Positions 7,641 through 16,472 of a stretch of 24,745 bases of DNA are shown here, piece after piece. The notes beneath the pieces were generated by a model that made no database searches, had not been told where the DNA came from, and saw nothing but the letters and a program-made list of their open reading frames with translations. Origin of the DNA: Methanotrichaceae archaeon. GTDB taxonomy: Archaea; Halobacteriota; Methanosarcinia; Methanotrichales; Methanotrichaceae. Numbering within the stretch: the stretch's first letter is position 1; each line of letters starts with the position of its first letter. The translations under genes and the position numbers were made by a program. The stretch is from assembly GCA_963754945.1 (NCBI GenBank), contig CAVWIG010000054.1, positions 1-24,745 on the forward strand, written 5' to 3'.

Positions 7641-8537
7641 TTACCCATAGTAGAAATCTCTTACGAAGTTCTTCAAATCCTGCTCCTGATACCTATGGAT
7701 CTCTCCCTGGAAGGTCCTGATCTTCCCCTGAAGTTCTACGGCACCAGAGCCGATTTTCGATACGGCCTTTTGGTTCTCCTTCACCTGTGAGCGAACGCTC
7801 CTTTCGAACTCTGCCAAGCCTTTATGCAGGTTCCTCTCGCCTTCATCCCTGATCTCTTTGCCAGCCTTTTGAACCTCTCGGGACATCTTGAGGGTTGAGG
7901 AATGAAGATCTCTCACTCCAGAGTTGAACTTGGCCACAGAATTCTCGTTGGATTTTTTCTGGGCGTCCAGGCCCTTCTTGAAGTCAGCTTGGCCGGCCTC
8001 AAACTTCTGGATGCCGTCCTCCAGCATCTTCCTGGACCTCTCGTGCAGATCCCTGGATTTTTCTCGCATCTCTCCGGACATTTTATTCGCTTCTGCCTGG
8101 AGGGCAAGAACTCCACTGCTTAACATTGCGGCCGCCTCCTTGTTCTCCTTCACTTGGGAATCGACGACTTTGTTGAACTTGGCAATGCCGTTGGTCATTT
8201 TTCGAATGCCTTCTTCCCTGATCTCTTTGCCAGCCTTCTCTAACTCTCCGGCTGTCTTGTTGGCAGCAGAGATCTTGGCCATGACCCCCGTCTTCCCAAG
8301 GAATTGTGCTTTTGCAGCAGCTTTTGGCTTCTCCACCGTTGGAGGTGCCTCTCTTGGATGTTCCCAAGAGACTGGTTTAGCCTCATCCTTCGGCGTAGCT
8401 TTTCGGCTGGCGTCTAGAATAGACTCAGCCAGTTGGGATTTGGTTCCACCAAGGGCTTCCACCCCAAGCCTCATTGCCATCTCCTCCAGCTCTCGCCTTG
8501 TGTGATTGGTAACCAGTTCTTCGAAGGTTTCTGACAT
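7641..8537 (-). CDS. GvpC-like helical repeat protein with N-terminal HeH/Rho-N-like module
   Basis: Between gvpA and gvpN; three helical repeats (58/65/58 aa); C-terminal DFYYG; GGAGGT ribosome site. Confidence 0.7.
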   Translation of the reverse strand: MSETFEELVTNHTRRELEEMAMRLGVEALGGTKSQLAESILDASRKATPKDEAKPVSWEHPREAPPTVEKPKAAAKAQFLGKTGVMAKISAANKTAGELEKAGKEIREEGIRKMTNGIAKFNKVVDSQVKENKEAAAMLSSGVLALQAEANKMSGEMREKSRDLHERSRKMLEDGIQKFEAGQADFKKGLDAQKKSNENSVAKFNSGVRDLHSSTLKMSREVQKAGKEIRDEGERNLHKGLAEFERSVRSQVKENQKAVSKIGSGAVELQGKIRTFQGEIHRYQEQDLKNFVRDFYYG

Positions 8538-8569
8538 AACCCTCCAAAAAATGAGTTAGAAATGCCTGC

Positions 8570-8800
8570 TTAAGCAGGGACACCCGGGGTTGCACCTATG
8601 GCGGCCTGCTCGATCTTGGCCATCTCCTCTGAGTAGTGGAGGAAAGTGTCGACCGAGGCTACAACGACCCTGGACTCAACTGTCAATATCTCGATACCAA
8701 CCAGGCTGATCCTGGCCCAAACATCGACTACAATTCCCTTGTCGAGGATTCTGTCCAAAACCTCGGCTAGGCTTGATGCATCTGGAGTAGCAGTTACCAT
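8570..8800 (-). CDS. gvpA: Gas vesicle structural protein GvpA (copy 4)
   Basis: [48 protein letters not shown]. Confidence 0.97.
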   Translation of the reverse strand: MVTATPDASSLAEVLDRILDKGIVVDVWARISLVGIEILTVESRVVVASVDTFLHYSEEMAKIEQAAIGATPGVPA

Positions 8801-8813
8801 GTTTTATCTCTCC

Positions 8814-9044
8814 TTACGCTGGGACACCTGGGGTTGCACCTATGGCGGCCTGCTCGATCTTGGCCATCTCCTCTGAGTAGTGGAGGAAAGTGTCGACCGA
8901 GGCTACAACGACCCTGGACTCAACTGTCAATATCTCGATACCAACCAGGCTGATCCTGGCCCAAACATCGACTACAATTCCCTTGTCGAGGATTCTGTCC
9001 AGAACCTCGGCTAGGCTTGATGCATCTGGAGTAGCAGTTACCAT
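8814..9044 (-). CDS. gvpA: Gas vesicle structural protein GvpA (copy 3)
   Basis: Protein identical to copies 2 and 4; TAAGGAGAG ribosome site in the 13-bp spacer. Confidence 0.97.
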   Translation of the reverse strand: MVTATPDASSLAEVLDRILDKGIVVDVWARISLVGIEILTVESRVVVASVDTFLHYSEEMAKIEQAAIGATPGVPA

Positions 9045-9057
9045 GTTTTATCTCTCC

Positions 9058-9288
9058 TTACGCTGGGACACCCGGGGTTGCACCTATGGCGGCCTGCTCG
9101 ATCTTGGCCATCTCCTCTGAGTAGTGGAGGAAGGTGTCGACCGAGGCTACAACGACCCTGGACTCAACTGTCAATATCTCGATACCAACCAGGCTGATCC
9201 TGGCCCAAACATCGACTACAATTCCCTTGTCGAGGATTCTGTCCAGAACCTCGGCTAGGCTTGATGCATCTGGAGTAGCGGTTACCAT
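9058..9288 (-). CDS. gvpA: Gas vesicle structural protein GvpA (copy 2)
   Basis: Protein identical to copies 3 and 4; AAGGTGAG ribosome site. Confidence 0.97.
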   Translation of the reverse strand: MVTATPDASSLAEVLDRILDKGIVVDVWARISLVGIEILTVESRVVVASVDTFLHYSEEMAKIEQAAIGATPGVPA

Positions 9289-9377
9289 TTAACTCACCTT
9301 ATACTTTGACTGTATATTCTTCTGATTATTCAACTGTCTGATCTTTGCAAGAATCGAACCTAATCTCAAAGTCGGAT

Positions 9378-9608
9378 TTATGCAAGGACTCCGGGGGTAG
9401 CGCCTATGGCGGCCTGCTCGATCTTGGCCATCTCCTCTGAGTAGTGGAGGAAGGTGTCAACCGAGGCTACAACGACCCTGGACTCGACTGTCAATATCTC
9501 GATACCAACCAGGCTGATCCTGGCCCAAACATCGACCACAATTCCCTTGTCGAGGATTCTGTCCAGAACCTCGGCTAGGCTTGATGCGTCCGGCGTAGCT
9601 GTTACCAT
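9378..9608 (-). CDS. gvpA: Gas vesicle structural protein GvpA (copy 1, ends GVLA)
   Basis: Differs from the others by one residue (P75L); GGAGGTGA ribosome site. Confidence 0.97.
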   Translation of the reverse strand: MVTATPDASSLAEVLDRILDKGIVVDVWARISLVGIEILTVESRVVVASVDTFLHYSEEMAKIEQAAIGATPGVLA

Positions 9609-9636
9609 TTTCTATTCACCTCCAGATATTTCGTTT

Positions 9637-9654
9637 TTCTTGAGATCTCAAGAA
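9637..9654. promoter_or_regulatory. Perfect 18-bp palindrome upstream of gvpA1 (candidate operator or RNA hairpin)
   Basis: TTCTTGAGATCTCAAGAA is its own reverse complement. Confidence 0.55.
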
Positions 9655-9777
9655 TCGTGAAGTCATTCGATAGCGAGAATTGCACGAGCAATGGCAATAT
9701 CTGTATGAGACCTATATCCCCAATATCTTCAAGGACCGTCATCTCATTGATAGTATAGTTTCCCTCCAATTCTGCCA

Positions 9778-9797
9778 TCTTAAATCTTTTTTTTTTT
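9778..9797 (-). promoter_or_regulatory. Candidate BRE-TATA for the gvp operon
   Basis: Minus strand A11-G-ATTTAAGA about 170 bp upstream of gvpA1; imperfect TATA match. Confidence 0.35.
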
Positions 9798-10214
9798 GAT
9801 ATCGTTTGATCTATTTACTGCCGAATATTACTTAGTTCGTATCTTTCTATGTTGTTACTAAACTTAACCGGAAATATGGGATTTACTTTGATGATAAAGA
9901 AGGACCGTTTAAGGAGGCCACGACCTTGGCCCTTCCATACCATCTGTGTCTGACGTATTGGCTGAGGATGTATTCCAACAATTCAGTACGACATGTTAGT
10001 AGTTCATATTCGTACTAAATCTCCTTATACTATGAAGCTTAAAATAGCTTTTCATCTCTCAAAATTAATCAATAATATTGTTCTAAAATTGTTTTGAAAT
10101 TTGTCTTGAAGTTCGAGAAATAACAATGTATATTTATGTGATTAGGCAGTTTAATATTGTATTAATCGATTCGCGGCCGGAACCTTTCGCCGCTTAATGA
10201 AGAACGAGGAGCAT

Positions 10215-10565
10215 ATGAAAATTCTTGTTGTGGATGACGCTCCATACATGATCAAAGTGCTAAAGGATATACTGGTGGCATGCGGTCACGAGGTCCACGA
10301 AGCTGTCACCGGGGAAGAAGCTTTGGTCAGATATTCGGATGTTAAGCCAGAGGTGGTTCTAATGGACATACTCATGCCATCCATGGATGGTATCAGCGCT
10401 ACCAGGAAAATTCTCGAGAAGGACCCTTTGGCAAAAATAGTAGTGATTACCGCGGTGGGAAAGACTGGTCTTGAAAAGGAGTGTTTGGAGGCCGGTGCCA
10501 GGAAGTTCATATCTAAACCATTCAAGATCAAAGAACTCGTCAACGTGATCAACTCGGTAGGGTAG
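10215..10565 (+). CDS. Single-domain response regulator (CheY-like receiver)
   Basis: ILVVDD, LMDILMPSMDG, VITA, SKPF; GAGGAG ribosome site favours ATG 10215 over 10197. Confidence 0.93.
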   Translation: MKILVVDDAPYMIKVLKDILVACGHEVHEAVTGEEALVRYSDVKPEVVLMDILMPSMDGISATRKILEKDPLAKIVVITAVGKTGLEKECLEAGARKFISKPFKIKELVNVINSVG

Positions 10566-11693
10566 ATGAAAGGATTTGAGTACGTAAAGGGATATCAGGA
10601 AGACATCATAGAGACCATTCCGAGTACGATTATAGTGGTAAACGAGAGCCTTAAGATTCTGTACGCCAACAGAAACTACTACCTGAAATCAGGCATGAAG
10701 GAGCGTGACGTAATCGGTGAGAAGCTCTCCAGAGTTTTTCCGCAGATCCTTATCGGGAGGACCCAGATTGAAGAGAAAATCAGGGATGTTTTTCTTACCG
10801 GCAAACCCTCTGATGGCGATCAGCTTCGATATCCTGGTGGAATATTCTATTTTTACAAAATATATCCGTTGAAGGAGGCGGAAGGCAGCATAAGCAAGGT
10901 GGTAATATTCTTGGAGGACATCACCGAGCTAACCAGGCTGGAGGAAGAGCTGAAGGATTCGTATGTCAAGCTCGAGAACGCTTTTGCAGAGCTGAAAGAG
11001 AACGACGAGATGAAGTCGGAGTTTATCCTGACCGCCTCGCATGAGCTCAGAACTCCTCTCACAGTCATAAATGGCTATATTGAGATGTTCGAGGAGGGAA
11101 TGCTAGGCGAGCTTGACGAGACTCAGAGCGAGAAGATCCACGTCATGCATTCCCAGACAGACCACATGATAAGGTTGGTTGAGGATATGCTTGATACCTC
11201 AAGGCTCGAATCGAAGAAGTTCAAGATTCAGAGAACTCCCATGAGAATCGAGGAGATCGCGAGGAGCGCTCTAGAGGAACTAAGCAGGCTTGCAGGACTC
11301 AAGGAGCATACATTATCCCTTAAGATCGAGGGCGAGCTTAGCTACATCGAGGGGGATGGAAGGAGGATAAAGCAGGTCTTCAACAATCTTTTGACCAATG
11401 CCATCAAGTACACTCCGGATAAGGGTTGTATAGAAGTAGCAATAAAAAATGAGCCGGGCCAGGTGCGAGTATCGATCTCTGACAATGGCATAGGGATAGC
11501 GAAGAAAGACCAGGTGAAGATCTTCGAAAAGTTTTACACCGGCAGTGGACACTCACTGACAAGGGAGTCTGGTAGGTTGGGTCTGGGTCTGGCCATAGCC
11601 AAGGGCATTGTTGAGGCTCATGACGGCAAACTATGGGTTGAGAGCGAGCCGGGAATCGGAAGCACCTTCTTCTTCACCCTTCCGAAAATATGA
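10566..11693 (+). CDS. PAS-domain sensor histidine kinase
   Basis: N-terminal PAS (ILYANR), H-box SHELRTPL, N-box NLLTNAIKY, DNGIGI, GLGLAIAK; no obvious membrane helix. Confidence 0.95.
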   Translation: MKGFEYVKGYQEDIIETIPSTIIVVNESLKILYANRNYYLKSGMKERDVIGEKLSRVFPQILIGRTQIEEKIRDVFLTGKPSDGDQLRYPGGIFYFYKIYPLKEAEGSISKVVIFLEDITELTRLEEELKDSYVKLENAFAELKENDEMKSEFILTASHELRTPLTVINGYIEMFEEGMLGELDETQSEKIHVMHSQTDHMIRLVEDMLDTSRLESKKFKIQRTPMRIEEIARSALEELSRLAGLKEHTLSLKIEGELSYIEGDGRRIKQVFNNLLTNAIKYTPDKGCIEVAIKNEPGQVRVSISDNGIGIAKKDQVKIFEKFYTGSGHSLTRESGRLGLGLAIAKGIVEAHDGKLWVESEPGIGSTFFFTLPKI

Positions 11694-12340
11694 TTGAGAA
11701 GCTTCTGAGTTTTATCCAGAAAAAGCCCCAGGTCGTACCGACAACAGAGCCTATAAGCCGTGTAATAAATTGCGATATCGTCAGAGGCTCGAACTATCTT
11801 GTGAAGGAGTCGAAGGTAGAGTTATGTATGAAGATTTTCGCATCCCTTGTAAAAGGCAAGTGCCAGGAATGTGATCAGCTAGAGGCTTTTCCGTGCGAGA
11901 GCGTAGGATGTGAAAGGTGCACCCTTCTATGCACGTGTAAAAATTGTAACAGAACAAGAGCCCAGGGCTTATGTTTCTCCATGCGCTCCCCGGAGGAGAC
12001 AAGGATGATGTACACCCTCCAGACGACTCCAGTATTCTGGATAAGCAACCATGGGACTGACAGAGTAAGCCCAAGAGACTTGGAATTAATTGCCGACATG
12101 ATCAGTTCATTTTTGAAGAAAAGTAAAAATCCTGTTGTTCTACTGGACGGGGTAGAATACCTAATAGCGATAAATGGTTTTATTCCCGTTTTTAAGATGC
12201 TTAGGGACGTACAGGAGTGGACGATCCTGAACCGTGCCGTTTTTCTCTTGTCCATAAACCCGGTCTCTCTCGAAGAGAAGGAAATGGCACTCATTGAGAG
12301 AAACATGAAAGACTTGAGCGTCCAAGAGAAAATTCCCTGA
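11690..12340 (+). CDS. DUF835-domain protein with Cys-rich insertion
   Basis: PVFWIS, VSPRDL, VVLLDGVEYLIAINGF, LEEKEMALIE typical of DUF835; ATGA overlap with the kinase. Confidence 0.85.
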   Translation: MIEKLLSFIQKKPQVVPTTEPISRVINCDIVRGSNYLVKESKVELCMKIFASLVKGKCQECDQLEAFPCESVGCERCTLLCTCKNCNRTRAQGLCFSMRSPEETRMMYTLQTTPVFWISNHGTDRVSPRDLELIADMISSFLKKSKNPVVLLDGVEYLIAINGFIPVFKMLRDVQEWTILNRAVFLLSINPVSLEEKEMALIERNMKDLSVQEKIP

Positions 12341-12690
12341 TTGGCAGACGGATCGACCCTGAAATAAGGACTATTTGATATCTTACCGTTTCCTTAAGGG
12401 GAACCTTGTTCGAGCGCAGAGAGTGGCAAAATCTCGGGTTTGAGTGGGCAAAATACTGGAATTTGCACAGCATCTGTTAAAACCCGGCAACCTCCAAGAC
12501 GCGGATTCTCATGTTCGCTTCTCGGGGAAAAGTTATTATCAGGTTCGTTCATCCTACGTTTGGGCGAGCTGTTGCAGGATAGCCCTTAAGGCGAATCTCA
12601 GTCGCTTGTATAACAAGCAAAAAAGCGAATTATATGAATGAGGCATGCTCGTGGCCGATGCGGTTACTACTCATATCACGCCTGCAGGAT

Positions 12691-12898
12691 TTGGAGAAAT
12701 CCCCTACAGGAATAGGTAGCCTGGATGAGATCACAGACGGGGGGGGCTCCTAAGGACGCCCCACTCTGATATCAGGCAGCACAGGCTCAGGCAAGACTCT
12801 GATGTCATGCAGTTCCTCGCGCAGGGCGCTCTCAGACACGATGAGCCCGGAGTCTTCGTGGCGCTCGAGAAGAGCGCCAGAGCATTGTGGCTAGCTTG
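12691..12898 (+). pseudogene. Truncated, disrupted KaiC-family ATPase N-terminal fragment
   Basis: LEKSPTGIGSLDEITDGG, TAA at 12751, GRPTLISGSTGSGKT, frameshift, MQFLAQGALRHDEPGVFVALE, then VASL in another frame. Confidence 0.85.
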
Positions 12899-12985
12899 CA
12901 GATTTTTCCGCTGCAGAGGAGTAGCCATACCACAGAATACTAATCGTGACATAGTAGTAAGCGAAAGTAGCATAGCGATTGGAAG

Positions 12986-15900
12986 ATGGAATCCAACATG
13001 AGGCAAACAGGGATCGATGTTATCGGCGATGTCCCCTGGGGGACTCATTTCTGCCAGTTCTATGAGACGAGTCAAGACCTGATCGAGATACTTGTGCCGT
13101 ATTTCAAGGAAGGCCTGGCCGCAAACGAGTTCTGCATGTGGGTGACTTCAGAGCCTCTTCAAGTCGATCAGGCGACTGCTGCCTTGCGGTCTGCAGTCCC
13201 GGACTTGGACGATTACATTGAAAAAGGGCAGATTGAGTTTCTCGACTATAGAACATGGTACACCCGATCTGGCAAGTTCTCGGCCGACGAGGCGCTTCAG
13301 GACTGGGTTGACAAACTGAAAGCAGCCCAAGAACGAGGATATGAAGGCTTACGACTGACAGGGAATACGTTTTGGCTGGAGAAGACAGACCGGGATGACT
13401 TCACTAGGTACGAGGAGACGGTCAACAATGTCATCGGCCGGTACCCAATGCTTGCCATCTGTACGTACTCCCTTCAAAAATGTAATGCAGTAGAGATACT
13501 CGATGTCGTCGCCGACCATCAGTTCGCTCTGATCAAACGTTCGGGACGATGGGAGACAATCGAGACCATCCAGCATAAAAAGATTGGACTGGCACTGCGA
13601 GAAATTGAGGAGCGTTATTCAACCACCCTGGCGAGCATCGGCGACGCGGTCATTGCTACCGATATAGCTGGCGATATCACCTTCATGAACGAAGTGGCAG
13701 AAGAATTGACCGGCTGGTCTCTCCATGACGCTTTGCAGAAACCGGCGAAGGAAGTTTTCAACATCATCAATGAACACACCCACCAGAAGGTTGATGACCC
13801 CGTCACCAAGGTGCTCGATAAAGGAACTGTTGTAGGTCTTGCCAACCATACCCTCTTAGTTCGAAGGGATAGAACTGAAGTCGCAATTGATGATAGCGGA
13901 GCGCCGATTAAAGACCGTAACGGCAACACCTTGGGAGTTGTGCTCGTATTTCGGGATATCAGTGACCGCAAGCAGGCTATGAAAGAGATCGAAAGTCTTG
14001 CCAAATTCCCGGAAGAAAACCCGAATCCGATAATGAGAATAGCAACAGATGGTGCCATCATCTACGCAAATCCGTCCAGCGCTCCGCTGCTTAAAGCATG
14101 GGAGTGCCAGGTGGGCGAAATGCTGCCGGACGATTACAGAAATCTCATCCTGGATGCCTACAGTTCTGGAAATCGAATTGAAACCGAGGCCACATCTGGC
14201 GGTACCATCTATTCGCTAATTATCGCCCCAATCGTGGATATGAGCTATGTTAATGTTTATGGCAGAGACGTCACCCAGCACAGGTTGGCAGACAAGGCAC
14301 TGAAGGATAGCGAGCAGAGATTCCGGGACGCCATAGATCATTTTCCAAACGTGTTAGCCATCTACGATGCGGATAGAAGAGTTGAATACGTCAACTCCAA
14401 CGGTCTTCAGATCATGGGACTCTCGGAGCAAAAGGTCATTGGAAAGAAGGATGAGGAGATCTTCCCACCCGAGACGATCAACTCATACCTTCCGGCCCTG
14501 AAGCGCGCTGTAGAAACAAAGATGCCCCAGGCCCTAGAGCGCACCAGGCCTGTCAGCATGGGCGGCCAGACGATCATCGCTAACATAATTCCTCGGCTCA
14601 ACGAGGACGGGGAGATCCGTCAAATCCTGTGTTTAAGCTATGACATCAGCGAGCGAAAGCGGGCCGAGGAGGAACTGCGCTTAGCCCACGACGATCTTGA
14701 GATGAAGGTGTTGGAGAGGACCGAGGAGCTCGCTTACGCCAAAGAAGAGCTCGAAACGACGAATGAAGAACTCCAGATAGAGCTCGAAGAGCAAAAGAGG
14801 ATAGAGGAAGAACTTCTTAAAGCGAAGGAAAAGGCTGAAGATGCCTCCAGGGCCAAATCGGATTTCATGGCCACCATGAGCCACGAGATCAGGACACCCA
14901 TGAACGCTGTCATTGGCCTGACAGGTCTGCTCCTAGACGATGGAGAGTTATCCGCCGAGCAGAGAGACTTCATCGAGACCATCAGGACCAGCGGAGATGC
15001 CCTTATGACCATAATCAACGATATCCTCGATATCTCCAAGCTGGAAGCAGAAAAGGTGATGCTGGAGGAGCAGCCCTTCAACTTGAAAAGCTGCATCGAA
15101 GAAGCTCTGGATTTAGTGGCAATTAGGGCGGCCGAAAAGGGCCTGAACCTGACTTACACTGTGGAGAAGAATGTACCAGCTAACATCATCAGTGATCCTT
15201 CCAGGCTGCGCCAAATCCTAGGTAACCTGCTTGGCAACGCTGTAAAATTTACCAATGCAGGCGACGTTAAACTCAACGTTACGAGCCATCAACTCGATGG
15301 GCATCACGAGATCCACTTCGCAGTTGAAGATACCGGCATCGGCATTCCAATGGATAAAATGGACCATCTGTTCAGGCCCTTCAGTCAGGTCGATGCTTCG
15401 GTAACTCGAAGATACGGTGGTACTGGCCTAGGCCTGGCCATAAGCAAGAAGCTTGTAGAGCTGATGGGTGGCAAGATATGGGCCGAAAGTGAGATTGGCA
15501 AGGGCTCGACATTCCATTTCACGATTGAGACACCTGTGACCTCCGATGAACCAAAGCCACTCTTAAGTGCAGTTCAACCTCAGATGGTCGGCAAGCGAAT
15601 ACTCATTGTTGATGACAGCAGGACTAATCGTCGGGTCTTGGGCATCCAGGCCTACACCTGGGGAATGCTGCCCGTGACAGTTTCGTCGAGTCAGGAAGCC
15701 CTAAAATGGATTAATAGAGGGGATGACTTCGATGTCGTCATCCTGAACATGAACATGCCGGTAATGGACGGATTGACTCTGGCCCGAGAGATCCGAAAAA
15801 CCAACGATATCCTGCCAATCGTGATGTTGACACGAGTCGGAGAACATGTGCCATCCGACCTCGTTGAGAGATCCTTGAACAAACCCATCAAACCGTCTCA

Positions 15901-16384
15901 ACTTCACGATGTCCTGATGGGGGTATTTGGCAAGAATCTCATCCAAGAGATTGCTTTGCCCGTCGCTAAAAATGAGATGCAGACTCCGCGTATCTTGCTT
16001 GCCGAGGACAATGTGTCCAGCCAAAAGGTAACTTTGGCAATGCTAAAGCGACTGGGATACTGCGCTGATGCGGTAGCAAATGGACTGGAGGCCCTCCAGG
16101 CTTTGGGGCGTCAGCACTATGATATCGTGCTCATGGATGTCCGTATGCCCGAGATGGACGGTCTCGAAGCCACTCAGATTATTCGCAAGCGTTGGCCAAA
16201 GAATGGACTAAAGGTAGTAGCCATCACGGCTTATGCTCTCGAGGGAGATCGGGAGAAGTGCCTTGATGCCGGTATGGACGATTACATCAGCAAGCCCGTG
16301 AAGCTGGATGAGTTGGCAGGGGTGCTGAGCAGATTCGCCAATCAGAAAATAGCTACTGAAGGTGTTGAAGAAGGATCGCAATAG
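12986..16384 (+). CDS. Hybrid sensor kinase: MEDS-PAS-PAS-PAS-coiled coil-HisKA-HATPase-REC-REC
   Basis: GDVPWGTHFCQFY (MEDS), SIGDAVIATD, FPEENPNP and EYVNS (PAS), SHEIRTPMN, GGTGLGLAIS, two receiver domains. Confidence 0.95.
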   Translation: MESNMRQTGIDVIGDVPWGTHFCQFYETSQDLIEILVPYFKEGLAANEFCMWVTSEPLQVDQATAALRSAVPDLDDYIEKGQIEFLDYRTWYTRSGKFSADEALQDWVDKLKAAQERGYEGLRLTGNTFWLEKTDRDDFTRYEETVNNVIGRYPMLAICTYSLQKCNAVEILDVVADHQFALIKRSGRWETIETIQHKKIGLALREIEERYSTTLASIGDAVIATDIAGDITFMNEVAEELTGWSLHDALQKPAKEVFNIINEHTHQKVDDPVTKVLDKGTVVGLANHTLLVRRDRTEVAIDDSGAPIKDRNGNTLGVVLVFRDISDRKQAMKEIESLAKFPEENPNPIMRIATDGAIIYANPSSAPLLKAWECQVGEMLPDDYRNLILDAYSSGNRIETEATSGGTIYSLIIAPIVDMSYVNVYGRDVTQHRLADKALKDSEQRFRDAIDHFPNVLAIYDADRRVEYVNSNGLQIMGLSEQKVIGKKDEEIFPPETINSYLPALKRAVETKMPQALERTRPVSMGGQTIIANIIPRLNEDGEIRQILCLSYDISERKRAEEELRLAHDDLEMKVLERTEELAYAKEELETTNEELQIELEEQKRIEEELLKAKEKAEDASRAKSDFMATMSHEIRTPMNAVIGLTGLLLDDGELSAEQRDFIETIRTSGDALMTIINDILDISKLEAEKVMLEEQPFNLKSCIEEALDLVAIRAAEKGLNLTYTVEKNVPANIISDPSRLRQILGNLLGNAVKFTNAGDVKLNVTSHQLDGHHEIHFAVEDTGIGIPMDKMDHLFRPFSQVDASVTRRYGGTGLGLAISKKLVELMGGKIWAESEIGKGSTFHFTIETPVTSDEPKPLLSAVQPQMVGKRILIVDDSRTNRRVLGIQAYTWGMLPVTVSSSQEALKWINRGDDFDVVILNMNMPVMDGLTLAREIRKTNDILPIVMLTRVGEHVPSDLVERSLNKPIKPSQLHDVLMGVFGKNLIQEIALPVAKNEMQTPRILLAEDNVSSQKVTLAMLKRLGYCADAVANGLEALQALGRQHYDIVLMDVRMPEMDGLEATQIIRKRWPKNGLKVVAITAYALEGDREKCLDAGMDDYISKPVKLDELAGVLSRFANQKIATEGVEEGSQ

Positions 16385-16472
16385 AACTAATAAGGGCCAG
16401 CACCTCAGCCGTCCGGATTGATGGTCCCTCTGGCCATTCGGACCTGCATTCGGAACAGCATCCTTTTAGAGT

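Larger units (their letters stand above)
8570..9288. repeat. 244-bp tandem repeat (gvpA plus 13-bp spacer), three copies
   Basis: Stops begin at 8570, 8814 and 9058; both spacers are GTTTTATCTCTCC. Confidence 0.97.

Noticed and set aside
8570-9608. gvpA array as a CRISPR array or pure assembly duplication
   Set aside because: Units are whole genes with no unique spacers, and each copy has its own silent substitutions.
9602-9742. 46-codon minus-strand upstream ORF overlapping the gvpA1 start
   Set aside because: No ribosome site and no recognisable protein features; could be chance.
12291-12641. 60-65 aa ORFs and a GAGTGG(G)CAAAAT direct repeat after the DUF835 gene
   Set aside because: No motifs or ribosome sites; only two imperfect repeat copies.
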